Positions 26,519-39,409 of a DNA stretch of 64,000 nt are shown in pieces. How positions within the stretch are numbered: position 1 is the stretch's first letter; each line of letters begins with the position of its first letter. A program made the translations under genes and the position numbers. Below the pieces are notes generated by a model. It ran no database searches. It saw only the letters and a program-made list of their open reading frames with translations, and was not told where the DNA came from. The stretch is from Eledone cirrhosa (Eukaryota), in the NCBI GenBank assembly GCA_964016885.1, contig OZ024752.1, positions 5,022,001 through 5,086,000 of the forward strand, written 5' to 3'.

Positions 26519-27334
26519 CATAAGTGACAAGGTTGCAGATGTTTGCCAAAAACCCTCACACTGAATAATATGTACAACTACAAAAATATAAAACAACATA
26601 GATATAATGGTGCATGTGTATTTTGAAATAGGTATTATGTTTCAACATACAATCTCATATCAAATCACTCACCAAACAAATACAACTTTGAAAATAATGA
26701 AAATATTTGCAGTTAACTGTTGTAATAGTATAATATACATTTATATTATGTGTTGTGTAAGTTATGGTGTTTCAAAGTAGATTTTGTTTGCTAATTCACT
26801 TATTTTATTTATTTTATATCACATTTTGTGAATAATAACATCAGTGGTTATAGTGGTTTCCAATAAACCAATCACAAGTTCATTGTATTTACGATGGTGA
26901 GAATGATCAGTGGTTGTCTGTGAAACTTTGGCAGGACAAATATCTAAAGTTTAAAAGTATCAGTATTTCTTGGTTTTGCTCATGAGGTACTTTATTTATC
27001 AACCAAAAGTGACTAAGAAGCTTGCTTCTCAATCATGGGGTCCCTGACTTGATCCCACTGCATAGTGCTAGCATTGGACAGTGCTATAAGCTATAGTTTA
27101 GAGCACACACCCTCATGGGCCTCATTTTTTAACCATTTAGCATTTATCTTACATAATTATCTGACATAATCTCGAATCTACAAGATTTTGATGTTATTTA
27201 TTTTGAGAACAATACCATAATATTAGTATGAGCCACCAGTTTCAGCCAGTTTAAATGCTAAATAGTTAAATTTATTTTTTATTTTATCATTAGTTTTTAC
27301 TATTTAACACTAAATCACCTAAAATTAAGAATAT

Positions 27335-27380
<46 letters not shown>

Positions 27381-27449
27381 ATATTATAAGGAATAAATGA
27401 TTTATGTAACATCAGCATCTTTATTAATGTTATTATTATTATATATATA

Positions 27450-27645
27450 GAGGGCGGTGGATTGGCAGTATCGGTAGAGAGTCGGACGCCATGCTTTCCA
27501 GCATAGTTACGTCCCTTTACGGTCTGAGTTCAAATCCCGCTGAGGTTAACTTTGCCTTTCATCCTTACGGGGTCGATAAAATAAAGTACCAGTAATGTAC
27601 TGGATAATTGCTGGCCTTGTGCCAAAAGTAGAAACAATTATTATT
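27450..27645 (+). mobile_element. SINE family 2, full length (3' partial copy also at 27918-28025)
   Basis: Family consensus. Confidence 0.9.
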
Positions 27646-27875
27646 ATATATATATGTATATGTGTGCGTGTGTGTGTGTGAAGGCATGTGGCTGAGTGGT
27701 TAGAGGATTGGATTCACAATCGTGAGGTTGTGAGTTCAATTCCTGAACCGGGTGATGCAAGACACTTTACTTCATGTTGCTCCTTCTACCTGGATTTACA
27801 ACCAATAGGTAGTATTAGCAATTGGAAAGAACATTGTTTCCTTGGTCTGATTTGATGAAAGTCGATAGACTGTCA

Positions 27876-27907
<32 letters not shown>

Positions 27908-28598
27908 GGAAGACATTATCCCGCTGAGGTTAACTTTGCCTTTCATCCTTACGGGGTCGATAAAATAAAGTACCAGTAATGCACTGGGTTATTGCTGGCC
28001 TTTTGCCAAAAGTAGAAACAATTATTTACTGTACTAACTTCCTAATAGCATCCATCACAGTCATTCAATCATGTGTTCAATTGATATTAGATGTATTAGA
28101 TACATCTGCTCTACTCTTGTTATCCCTCCTCTCCTTCCTCCTTATGATCAACAAATCAAGAAACTATAACAGAAAAATTAAACTAAATACCATCTTTACT
28201 GCTTGACAACAATGACACCATATTAGGGAAACTTGCAGCAGTAGCAGTCTTTAAAATTCAACCATTTCACTTCTCTTTCAATATTTTTTTTTCCTTTCTC
28301 TCGATATCCAATATTTTTTTTGTGTTTGTGTGTTGTTGTCCACCCCACCCCACCCCCCTCTTCTCATATTATTGAATATCTGTGTTATTGATTAGTTTTT
28401 GATATCGATTTGGTTTTCAGTTCAAATTTCTTTCATTGAAATACCGGAGAAGAAAGGATTACTGAAAATATTTTCATTGGCATATTTTTTTTTATATAAT
28501 TTTTATTTATTTTGTTTTTAGTATTGAAGGTTAAAACATTTGAAAGATGAAAGACATATTCATATAAAATATAGATATTTGCGATACATTCACATGCA

Positions 28599-28649
<51 letters not shown>

Positions 28650-29189
28650 TTATATATTTATGCACACGCACACATACATACGTACATGTATATATATATA
28701 TTGTTTGCACATTTGTCTCCATATGTCTGTGTATTCATGTGTTTACACGTCTTAATCAACATTGTTGCATTAAATTACCTAATATATTATTACATTATCT
28801 AGAGCACTTATATTTCAAGACATTAGATGCTGTCCTTATTATAGCCAGTTACACAACTTCAGTGTTATGTGTTAGGTCATTATAGTTCATCATTGCTGGC
28901 ATCTTTAAATGAAACATTCACATCTGCCTGCCAGATGCCCTCTATCCACTATAATTCATGTTTGTTTTTTTATGTTCTTTGTAGTCTTAGAGAACAATAT
29001 CAGCGCCATGGTTGTTTGCGCTAAGTAAATATTCTTATCAGAATGTTCAAATAAATGTTTCATTTTTTGGTCTTTAAATTGTCTATATATTTATGGCCAT
29101 TTTGGAATTTAAATATATACATACGTTCCAACATCATCATCATCATCAACATCACTGTTTAACATCTATTTTTGTATGATTACATGGGT

Positions 29190-29220
<31 letters not shown>

Positions 29221-29224
<4 letters not shown>

Positions 29225-29455
29225 AGTTTAAAATAGAAATAGAACTTAAGAGCCAACTCCATCGAAGAAAAATTCAAGTCAGTCGACCAACAGATAGAAA
29301 CAGAAATCTGAAGGCACTCGGAAGGCCTACTTTATGGAAAACCTTTAATACTTTGGAAAGAAAATTGTGAGAATAAAAAACTAACATCCCTCCAACGATG
29401 GGAAAAAAACACCACCTGGTTCAACAACTACGAAATGGATTTAAAAAACAAACAT
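29221..29455 (+). pseudogene. Fragment of a diverged Penelope-like ORF1 homologue
   Basis: ANSIEEKFKSVDQQIETEI*RHSEG...LWKENCE...RWEKNTTWFNNYE aligns by eye with KAKYEAIDDQIEVEISK...LWIRDISKEE...FWEQKQLFLDEY at 60440-60615. Confidence 0.6.
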
Positions 29456-29720
29456 CATACAGATAATCCATTTTTCATTCCAAGTCTTCCCACTTTATCT
29501 TTGCACTGACAATACAACAGACCAAATACAAATAAATAAGGAAAATATGTATATTCAAAAATATATACCAGCATTAAATATAGTTTAATATACATTAATA
29601 TGTTAACACCATAACATGCTAACCATCCACACAGACACATACATACATACACACACACATACACACATAACACCCTCTTCTATATTCAAAAATAAATACA
29701 TTAATATTTTAACACCTTAA

Positions 29721-29941
29721 CCCTTTAGCATTGAAACTGGCCGTATCCGGCCAGAAATGTCCCACCTCTTTCTGTTCAAACTGGCTGTAACTGGCCACTC
29801 ATACTGATGTTGAGGTGTTGTTCTCAAAATAAATAACATCAAAATCTCATAGATTCGATATTATGTGAGATGATTATATAAGATAAAGTGTTTACTACAA
29901 AAATACAATAGTATATATAGAGTAATGTGAATGCTAAAGGG
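29721..29941. mobile_element. piggyBac-type MITE, best-preserved copy (221 bp)
   Basis: TTAA|CCCTTTAGCATT...AATGCTAAAGGG|TTAA. Confidence 0.88.
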
Positions 29942-30989
29942 TTAACATGCTAACCATACATACACACACATAACATGCTTCTCCATTTCTACTAATGGAA
30001 TTATTTTCCTACACACACACATCCACACACAAATAAAAAAAATATGTTTCTATTTTCTACCCTGCCACTGTCACCACCACCAATATTGACACAAACATTC
30101 AATTTATATCAATAGAAAGTCTGAATTCTGACATTTCAGCACACTAGCCATACTCACTGAACCAGAACGATTTCTCCCCCTCCCATTTCTTGACCATTAT
30201 CTTTTGTTTGGCACAAAATTCTCTGACAAATCATGTGACTGTGAAAACAGCTATAAAGAACCCCCAAATAGGAACTGGCACAAAATTTCTAAAATGAAAA
30301 TGGCAATAAAGAACCCTCAAACAGGAACTGGTGCGAAAGTTGATGTACTTATTCATGTGACAGTAATCAACCAACCAAATTATGCTTATAAATAAACAAC
30401 AATTTGAGCCAGATTTAAATGCAATAAGAACTTTGTAAAGCGAACTGGCGCAAAATTTATTATACTTATTCACGTCACAGACATCAACCAACCAAATTAT
30501 TTTTAAAAACCCAGCAATTCGAGCCACTCTTTCCACATAAAACAGAAATAACTTCCGAACACCAACCAGATGCGAGAAAAACCACAAACCCTCCATCTCA
30601 ATTCTACTTTTGAAAGAACTGTGAAACCGGTAAAGGAAACAAATAAATATTCTTAAAAAGACTCCAGTTGCATTTTCAAATTCTTTTCCTTATACCTTCA
30701 CTCGTGTAGGACACCTTTTTTTGCATTTAAAAAAAGCCTAATTTTCTTATATTATATATATAAATTGAATCTGCCAGCCAAACAACAACTCACCTCTGAC
30801 TGGTCCTTTAAGACATTCACACAGATCCTCTTCTGATAAAGGATTTTTAAACCTGAAAATATTTGGAATAATTAAATTTGCTTAGGTAAAATTCTATCGC
30901 TATCCTGCTACCTTTAATTTTCAATGCATTGTATGGCTTTTAAACTCATATTTCCTATTCAACAATGCTTCAAGCAAACTACAACACAA

Positions 30990-31273
<284 letters not shown>

Positions 31274-31536
31274 CCAGGTGGTGCTATTAAGTTAGACATG
31301 GCCTGGGAAAATACTGGCCGAAACCTATCAAAGTTATATATATGCATTAAGATTTAAATGACACCAAAGATTAAAACAATGTTTTAATCTTTGGTGTCAT
31401 TTAACCTTTAATGTATAACAACTCTGCATGACCCCTACTTCATTGAACTACAATATTCCCTTATAATCAAATAAGCACAAGGAAGAAATTCTGAGCTCTG
31501 TATAGCACAGTAAAGAGAGAAATACACACACATATG

Positions 31537-32415
31537 CAGGGTGCGAACGATATTTGTTCGCAAGATTACTGTCTAGGAAAAAATAACAGTAGTTTTATTT
31601 TTTAAGATTTATTTATCAAACTTGGGTCAGTTTGTCTTCATGACTTGTTCTTTCGATCTCACTCGATAAACTCGCCATTGGCTTTGCTGATGGCCTCAAG
31701 GCCTCGGAACCGGCTACAGGCCTTCGTCACTGTCCCCCGACTTAGGCCCCTAAAGGCACTTGTGATCCTGGCCTTTAGATCGTCTTTCGTATTGCAGCTA
31801 GATCTGTTGGTGTCTCGTTCCACTGCGCCCCACACAAAGAAGTCGAGGGGGTTGCAGTCAGGCGAACTGGGAGGCCAGATGTCAGGTGAAGTGTGGTCAA
31901 CGAAGTTCTCTGACAGCCAGGCTTGGGTCTTTCGGCTGGTATGGCAGGGCACTGAGTCTTGCTGCCACATGTACGGCCTACCTGCAGCTACCTGGTCGAT
32001 CCAGGGATTTACTACCTCGCTCAGAACGCGGATGTAGCCATCGGTGTTCAGCTTGAGGCCCTCAGGGAAGAAGTGAGGTGGCATGACGTCACCTTGACTG
32101 CTGACGACACCTAAGACCAATGTTGTCACTGGAAACTTTGTCTGCATGACTCTGGGCACGTCTTTGGATGAGACAGCGAGCCACCTGTTGTTCTGGGAGT
32201 GGATCTTATTTGTCCTCCTGGTGCGGATTCCAAGAAGAACTCCATGTCTCTTCCACAAATTTGGAGGTTCAAAATTATTCATAATCAATTATTCTGAAAA
32301 TAAATAATGGAAATATAGTCACTGTTTTTATGAAGACAAGAGTGACAACGGAAGTAAAAATAATTTGCATAAAATTAGCAGTTGAAAATTACGAACAAAT
32401 ATTGTCCGCACCCCG
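31537..32415 (-). mobile_element. Internally deleted DD37D (maT) Tc1/mariner-superfamily transposon
   Basis: TIRs CAGGGTGCGAACGATATTTGTTCG / CGAACAAATATTGTCCGCACCCCG; transposase C-terminus WQQDSVPCH...WPPSSPDCNPLD with 37 residues between the 2nd and 3rd D; HTH and first D missing. Confidence 0.9.
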
Positions 32416-32493
32416 TATATGGTGGTTTTATATCCCTTATGATTTGAACACATATATATATATATAAAGATGTGTATTTCTCTCTTTACTGTG

Positions 32494-32581
<88 letters not shown>

Positions 32582-33134
32582 CTCCAATGAGAATTTTATA
32601 TCATAGAATTTTGTATTGTCTGACATCGTTTTTCAGAGGAAAATAATACGCTGTTTAGCCCCTGGTCAGCTTTAATTGAACAGACTAGGGTGACTGAGAC
32701 AGATGTCATTAACATTCTGTTTAAACTGTTGCATGTCAGCAAATGTTGAATGACATGTGTAAGGAATAATTTCAGAGGGATGGCATTCTGCGGTAAAATG
32801 ACTGGGTGTAGTGATTAGTGCTAGGCCTCAGGGGGGACTGGACACTATATGGGTGATGAGAGGGGGTGGTATGAGTCATGAGTGCTTGAATAAAGAGTTG
32901 ATACGAAATCAGCCAGATCTGAAAAGCAGAACCCATTTTAGTATCAAAAGAAAAGTCAGAGAAAGGAGACAGATGTCTGTATTACAAAGTTGTGTACACA
33001 ACAATCTGTCCACTACTAAAGATACTATAAACATTTGAATTAACAAACCAGTTTTTAGATAGGTTTTTGTAAGTGTCAGTTAACAGTCAAGCATATACAT
33101 TGTCTCTGTCTTTGTTTACGTTTCAAACCCTGAG

Positions 33135-33300
33135 ACATATACATATACACCAGGTCCGAGCACAAAGGAACCAAACTCCTACTGTCACTGCCTCCATCTC
33201 TCCCGCTCTCCCCATCTCTCACTATTATAAGCAAATGGTGGCCCAGAGGCTGACCGCTCTCTGGCCCCAGCAGACAGAGTAGAGGAGGCATTTCCCTGGA
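33135..33300 (-). repeat. Unclassified dispersed repeat (also 9060-9195 and 24300-24400 on +)
   Basis: Shared ATAGTGAGAGAT...GGAGGCAGT...GAGTTTGGTTC...ACCTGGTGTATAT. Confidence 0.7.
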
Positions 33301-34217
33301 GGATGGTGAAAGATACGCGGTGGAAGAGACATTCCAGCTCACGAGGCTAAGATGCAAATTTCTAGAGATTTTTAGTAACTTCATGTCAGTCAGCTGAATG
33401 TCATTTCTTTAGGTGCAATGTGAGATATCTGTGTGTATGTGTGTGAAGCTGTAGCACTATCCTAAATGTAGGAGTAGTATTCCATTTTAGGTTACACCTG
33501 AACTTTGTAAAACGTTTATAGTTCTCTCCTTCTCTCCTCTCTCAATCTCTTTCATTCTCTATCTCACTACTTCCTCACACTCTCTCATATAATATAGTTG
33601 CAATTTAGCTTAAATGCATAACTGGAATCTGATGGCTAGGCAGACAAACAGACATGGCTGAGGCCCCCCCCCCCCCCCCCCAAAAAAAAGGATCCTTTTT
33701 GTATAGCTTGTCAACCTGTTCAAAATAACAGCTAAATCTCCTTCAAATCACACCCTACAGTATTGTGAGAAAAAGTAGTCAGAGCTGGAACGTGTTTGAC
33801 CATTGAGGTAAACTGCAACAATAAACTTGATGATGTCATGTCCTTCCAAATTGGGCATAATATCTCTATCTGTTTGTTGGAAATTCATTAAAAGATAACC
33901 TCCTTTGGGTGACTTCCATTTTTAAATTTATAGTACAGGTCCAAATTATTTCCCAGATGAAGGTAACCATTTCTAAATCAGGATTTATATCAAGATTATA
34001 TCACTGTGATTTAGGATTATATCATCATAATCTTCGATTGTAACATGGTAATCCAGATTTATATCATGGTAATCCAGGATTAAATTTTGATAACATAGGA
34101 TAATAGAGGATTATATAAATCCAAATGTGTTGAACCCATATTTTATATCACAATAATCACACTTAACTTTGTTATTACTTAAATGCTTAGGGTATGTGTG
34201 GTAGCACAGCACACTTA

Positions 34218-35131
34218 CCGTTTATACTCAAATATAATACCTCTATTTTATGCCTGAGAAATGGGTAACAATTCTAACCCCATGTATAAACTGAGGCATC
34301 AGCAATTAGATATCACGGTTGGAAATTCTCATGAGTTGAAAATATATTTATATCTGAAGTGTTTCAAGTGTCATTAAGAGTGCAGTTTATGTTTCACAAT
34401 TCCATTATGTAGTGATTTTTTTACCAATTTCCAACCATTTGAAAGGTCATATTCACCTAAAACATACCAAACACAATACAAAATATGAATTTCAAGTTGA
34501 AAGTGAAACTGGTGTAATCTTTACCTCCAAAATGAAACTGGTGTAATCTTTACCTCCAAAATGAAACTGGTGTAATATTTACCTCCAAAGTGAAACTGGC
34601 GTAATATTCACCTCAAAAATGAAACCGGTATAATCTTTACCTCCAAAATTAAACCAGTGTAATCTTCACCACCAAAGTGAAACTGGTGTAATCTTCACCT
34701 AGAAATGAAACTGGTGTAATTTTTACCTCCAAAGTGAAACCGGTGTAATCTTTACCTCCAAAGTGAAGCCGGTGTAATCTTTACCACCAAAGTGAAACCG
34801 GTGTAATCTATACCTCCAAAGATAAACTGGTGCAATCTTTACCACCTAGAAAGTGAAACTGGTGTAATCTTTACCACCAAAGTGAAACTGGTGTAATCTT
34901 TACCTCCAAAGTGAAACTGGTGTAATCTTTACCTCCAAAGTGAAACCAGTGTAATCTACACCACCTAGAAAGTGAAACCAGTGTAATCTACACCACCTAG
35001 AAAGTGAAACCAGTGTAATCTACACCACCTAGAAAGTGAAACCAGTGTTGACCTCGGATATAAGCCAAACCCTTATTTTCCCTTCAAAATATTTGTCACA
35101 TATTTTTCAACTTATATTCAAGTATATACAG
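34218..35131. mobile_element. pogo/Tigger-type non-autonomous element carrying an internal minisatellite
   Basis: TA|CCGTTTATACTCAAATATAA ... TTATATTCAAGTATATACAG|TA. Confidence 0.65.
34500..35048. repeat. 29-33 bp minisatellite, ~18 copies
   Basis: AAGTGAAACTGGTGTAATCTTTACCTCCA variants. Confidence 0.93.
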
Positions 35132-35888
35132 TAATTCCTTCTATTCAAAAGCTGTTATGCAAAAGCGCTCATTGGCTCTGACCATCTTCATCTATGTCTA
35201 CTTTTCTGTTTTATATCATCTAAATATGTTACTTGGCTCTGATCCACTGTTTCAACTTCAGCTTGGTAAGTATCTTTGTTTATATTGTACAAACACACTC
35301 CAACAGCCGTGGGTGAAAATTTGCTATTTCTTATCACTAGCCACCTTGTTTGTTTTCAAACTTCTAGCAGTTTCTTTACAAATTTATACAAAGAGACAGC
35401 TACATGGATCTGAGTTTAGAGAAGGCTGGGGGGGGGGGGACTAGAAGGAGTGATATAAAACCAGAATAGAGAGAAAGAGAAATGTAACTAAATGAAAGGG
35501 AGGAAGAACAATGATGAAATATATGAGGAGGGTGTGATATATTTCATAGTACTTTGTCTGGTAGTTTCTCATTTTGTAGTTTTCTTAGTATTTTTCAAGA
35601 AAGTGGTTTTTCATCTGGCTTCTAGAGGTCTCAGTTCAGTGACATTTGGAACAGGTTGCTGAAGGTCTTGCCACAGAACTTAAGCTTCTTAAAACAGTAA
35701 CAGACAATTGATTTTCTGTCCTACTTTTTCTTTTGTTATTGCTGAATTTTTCATAAGTCTTGGAGGAATCAGTTGCCCATACACTATAACTCATATATAT
35801 ATATATATGTGTGTGTATATATATATATATATGTGTGTGTGTGTATGTATATATATAGTATATTTATATATATATATATAATTATATC

Positions 35889-36152
35889 GAGGCACATGGC
35901 TTAGTGGTTAGAGCATTGGCCTTGCAATCGAAAGGTTGTGAGTTCAATTCTCAGACTGGGTGATGTGTTGTTTCCTTGAGCAAGACACTTTATTTCACAT
36001 TGCTCCAGTTTACTCAGCTGTAGAAATGAGATGATATGACTGGGGTCCCTATCATTCCACTGCAAAGTGGTCGTGGGGGTGCTACGGCAATAAAAAGCAC
36101 CCACTCACTGTAAATGAGGTTGGTGTTAGCGGACGTAAAATGATAATGATGA
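35889..36152 (+). mobile_element. CORE-SINE family 1 with internal deletion, followed by an RTE 3' UTR piece (36175-36347)
   Basis: Family consensus; tail ends in ATG-like repeats. Confidence 0.88.
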
Positions 36153-36367
36153 TATATATATATATATATATACACAGCCCACACTGTAAATGTGGTTGGT
36201 GTTAGGAAGAGCATCCAGCTGTAAAATAAAACTGCCAGAGACGCTTCCATGCGAGCGAGACATGGTCTCCCGACCATTCCCACATCAAATGGAACAAAAC
36301 CATCTAACCCATGCTAGCGTGGAAGATAGACATTAAACGATGATGATATATAAAAAAAATTTTAATT

Positions 36368-36797
36368 TTCACTCTACATGGCTGAATACAATAAATGTAA
36401 TCTGAGTTTTTCAAATATTTATAATAATATTTGATTAGTTTGCAATTATGCAAACAGCCTCTTTTTTAAAGCCATGTCAGTAGAATGCGCCCCTCATTCT
36501 TGCTCTTTTGTTGGCATGTAAACAGAACTGCAGACACTAATGTTTCTGGGTATTGTCAGAGCTAGGAAACTGACTGGCCTATCTGCTGATATGCAAATCT
36601 GGCTGATCAGTAGATCTGCTAATATGCAGATCTGACTGATCAACCAATCTGTTGATATGCAAATCAGGCTGATCAGTCACTGTATATTTTAGAAAATATC
36701 ATATAATTTCACTAGCTCTGACAGTTGGCAGGTGAACAGTGAACTGTACTGATGAAGGATAATACCCAGAAACATTAGTGTCTGCAATTCTGTTTAT
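36368..36797. mobile_element. Hammerhead-bearing non-coding repeat in inverted (fold-back) arrangement
   Basis: 36368-36565 is colinear with 52862-53385; 36519-36554 is the reverse complement of 36761-36796. Confidence 0.7.
36741..36790 (+). ncRNA. Type I hammerhead ribozyme motif (GUC cleavage triplet)
   Basis: GAACTGTA-CTGATGA-AGGATAATACCCA-GAAA-CATTAGTG-TC-TGCAATTC; stem I pairs at 7 of 8 positions; stem II weakened. Confidence 0.68.
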
Positions 36798-36920
36798 ATA
36801 TATAGATAATACAAATACACATATGAAAGTACATACATATACATTCACATCTGTACAAATATATATATACTACCTTGATTAAATCTTAACCATTTAACAT
36901 CTCAGGGTATGTCATGTATC

Positions 36921-36983
36921 ATTATATTTTGTCTGATGAGGACGTACTGTTGTACATCCGAAATATGTATAATAAAATGTAAT
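36921..36983 (+). ncRNA. Type I hammerhead ribozyme motif, best-formed in the window
   Basis: ATTATATTTTGT-CTGATGA-GGACGTAC TGTT GTACATCC-GAAA-TATGTA-TA-ATAAAATGTAAT: 12-bp stem I (2 GU), G-C closed stem II, intact core. Confidence 0.85.
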
Positions 36984-37509
36984 TGATCAAAAGAACATCT
37001 ATTTTATTAATATTTGTATTTTAATATTATATATATATATAAACATCTATAAAAAAACACATTTACATATACAGTTGTAATATAAAATATCAGACACACC
37101 TTTACACGTGTCATAACACAAACAGATAAGAATATATTCATAAACTTTCTCACATACACTTATACACATGAACCTTAAATACATTTAAACATCCACATAC
37201 ATATAGTTTACACTATAGAATTTACATGTAGTTGTGGTTTAGGGTTAAGTCAGCCTGATTCAAAAGATCTGGGATCAAAAACATTCCATCCGTGACCAAG
37301 GGCATGGTTTCTAGAGAGACTTGGCTGCTATTTCTAGTATGTTAAGTGACTGCATAGAAGATATCTCGTTGGCTTCCATTGAAGGCTGAATTAAAAGAAA
37401 ATAGCAATTTTGAATAATCAAATTAAATTGTAGAATTGTATTTCAGACATTTTTTCCCCATGACAAAAAAAAAAAATGAAGAAAAGATCAACCATAGTTG
37501 AAAACACAT

Positions 37510-38052
37510 TCTCTCTCTCTCTCTCTCACCCCCTCTCTCTCTCCCTTCTCTCTCTATCACACACACTCCCCCCCTCTCTCTCTCTCTCTCTCACCCCCCT
37601 CTCTCTCTCCCTTCTCTCTCTATCACACACACTCCCCCCTCTCTCTCTCCCTTCTCTCTCTATCACACACACTACCCCCTTTCTCTCTCTCCCTTCTCTC
37701 TCTCTCTCTCACCCCCTCTCTCTCCCTTCTCTCTCTATCACACACACTCCCCCCTCTCTCTCTCCCTTCTCTCTCTCTCTCTCACCCCCTCTCTCTCCCT
37801 TCTCTCTCTATCACACACACTCCCCCCTCTCTCTCTCCCTTCTCTCTCTATCACACACACTACCCCCTCTCTCTCTCCCTTCTCTCTCTCTCTCACCCCC
37901 TCTCTCTCCCTTCTCTCTCTATCACATACACACTTCCCCAATACCTCTCTCTCTCTAACACACACACCTCTCTACCATATTTCTCACACACACACACTTC
38001 CCCTCCACATCTCTCTCTCTCTGTCTCTCTCTCACACACACTTCCCTTCCAC

Positions 38053-38087
<35 letters not shown>

Positions 38088-38154
38088 TTCCCCTCCACCT
38101 CTCTCTCCCTAACCACCTCTCTCTGTCTCTCTCTCACACACACACTTCCCTTCC

Positions 38155-38199
<45 letters not shown>

Positions 38200-38385
38200 T
38201 TCCCCTCCACCTCTCTCTCCCTAACCACCTCTCTCTGTCTCTCTCTCACACACACTTCCCTTCCACCTCTCTCTCTCTCTCTCTCACACACACACTTCCC
38301 CTCCACCTCTCTCTCCCTAACCACCTCTCTCTGTCTCTCTCACACACACACTTCCCCTCCACCTCTCTCCCCCACTCCTCTCTCT
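37510..38385. repeat. Polypyrimidine (CT)n/(CA)n compound minisatellite
   Basis: Recurring CCCTTCTCTCTCTATCACACACACTCCCCC and CTTCCCCTCCACCTCTCTCT units. Confidence 0.92.
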
Positions 38386-38699
38386 ATATCTATATTATTT
38401 ATCCATATTCCCACAGCTTCAGTAACAATATCTAAATATGTGAAACTGTTTGACACATCCAAATAAATGGAATTATTTCTTTATAGAAAGACCTCTTAGA
38501 AATTTTACTATAGAAAGTGGCTGTGTGTATAAACGCTGCTATATAATTGTATATGTGCCGATATATATGTGTGTGTGTGTGTGTGAATATATATATATCA
38601 TCATCACCGTTTTACGTCCGATCTTCCACGTTAGCATGGGTTAGACGGGTTGTCCTGTTTTGAGCAGTGTCCGGTCGGCTGACCTTGTCTTGCTCATAC

Positions 38700-39241
38700 G
38701 GGAACTGATGCTGGCTTGATTTCTACAGCTGGATGCCCTTCCTAACACCAACCTCATTTATTGTGAGTGCTGGGTGCTTTTTTGCAGTGGCACCTCCACA
38801 ACCACTTTGCAGTGGAATGATAGGGACTGAGGTCCCATCTCATTTCTACAGCTGAGTAAACTGGAGCAATGTGAAATAAAGTGCCTTGCTCAAGGAAATA
38901 TATATATATATAGAGGCACATGGCTTAGTGGTTAGAGCATTGGCCTTGCAATCGAAAGGTTGTGAGTTCAATTCTCAGACCGGGTGATGTGTTGTTTCCT
39001 TGAGCAAGACACTTTATTTCACATTGCTCCAGTTCACTCAGCTGTAGAAATGAGATGATAGGGACTGAGGTCCATATCATTCCACTGCAGTGGTCGTGCT
39101 GGTGCCACGGCAAAAAAGCACCCAGCACTCACAATAAATGAGGTTGGTGTTAGGAAGGGCATCCAGCTGTAGAAATCAAGCCAGCATCAGTTCCCATCCC
39201 ACCCTTGCAAGCAGGGAAAAGCGGACATAAAATGATGATGA
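38700..39241. mobile_element. Head-to-head inverted pair of CORE-SINE family 1 (38700-38897 minus, partial; 38913-39241 plus, full)
   Basis: Left copy is the reverse complement of ~38995-39195. Confidence 0.9.
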
Positions 39242-39409
39242 TATATATATATATATATTGTTATACTTTGGGAGGGTCATGTTTCCAATAAGAAACACAT
39301 GCACCAGTAGCTTTGACTTCAATTTATTATAAATTTCATAAATTTTATAAATTTCTGGTTGGTTGGTTCCACAACCGGATGGTTGTTCATATATTGTCAA
39401 AGTTCTTTC

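Noticed and set aside
28421-29060. Alternative Robo exons after strong acceptors at 28420 and 28984
   Set aside because: They give only short peptides ending in stops, with no motif support, and cannot be distinguished from chance.
30828-30870. Further hammerhead-like remnants (30828+, 5455-5495 minus, 6785-6822 minus, 4275-4312 minus)
   Set aside because: Core nucleotides are mutated (CTGATAA, CAGAAGA, TTGAAAA) and stem I is poor; probably dead pLTR relics, so not called.
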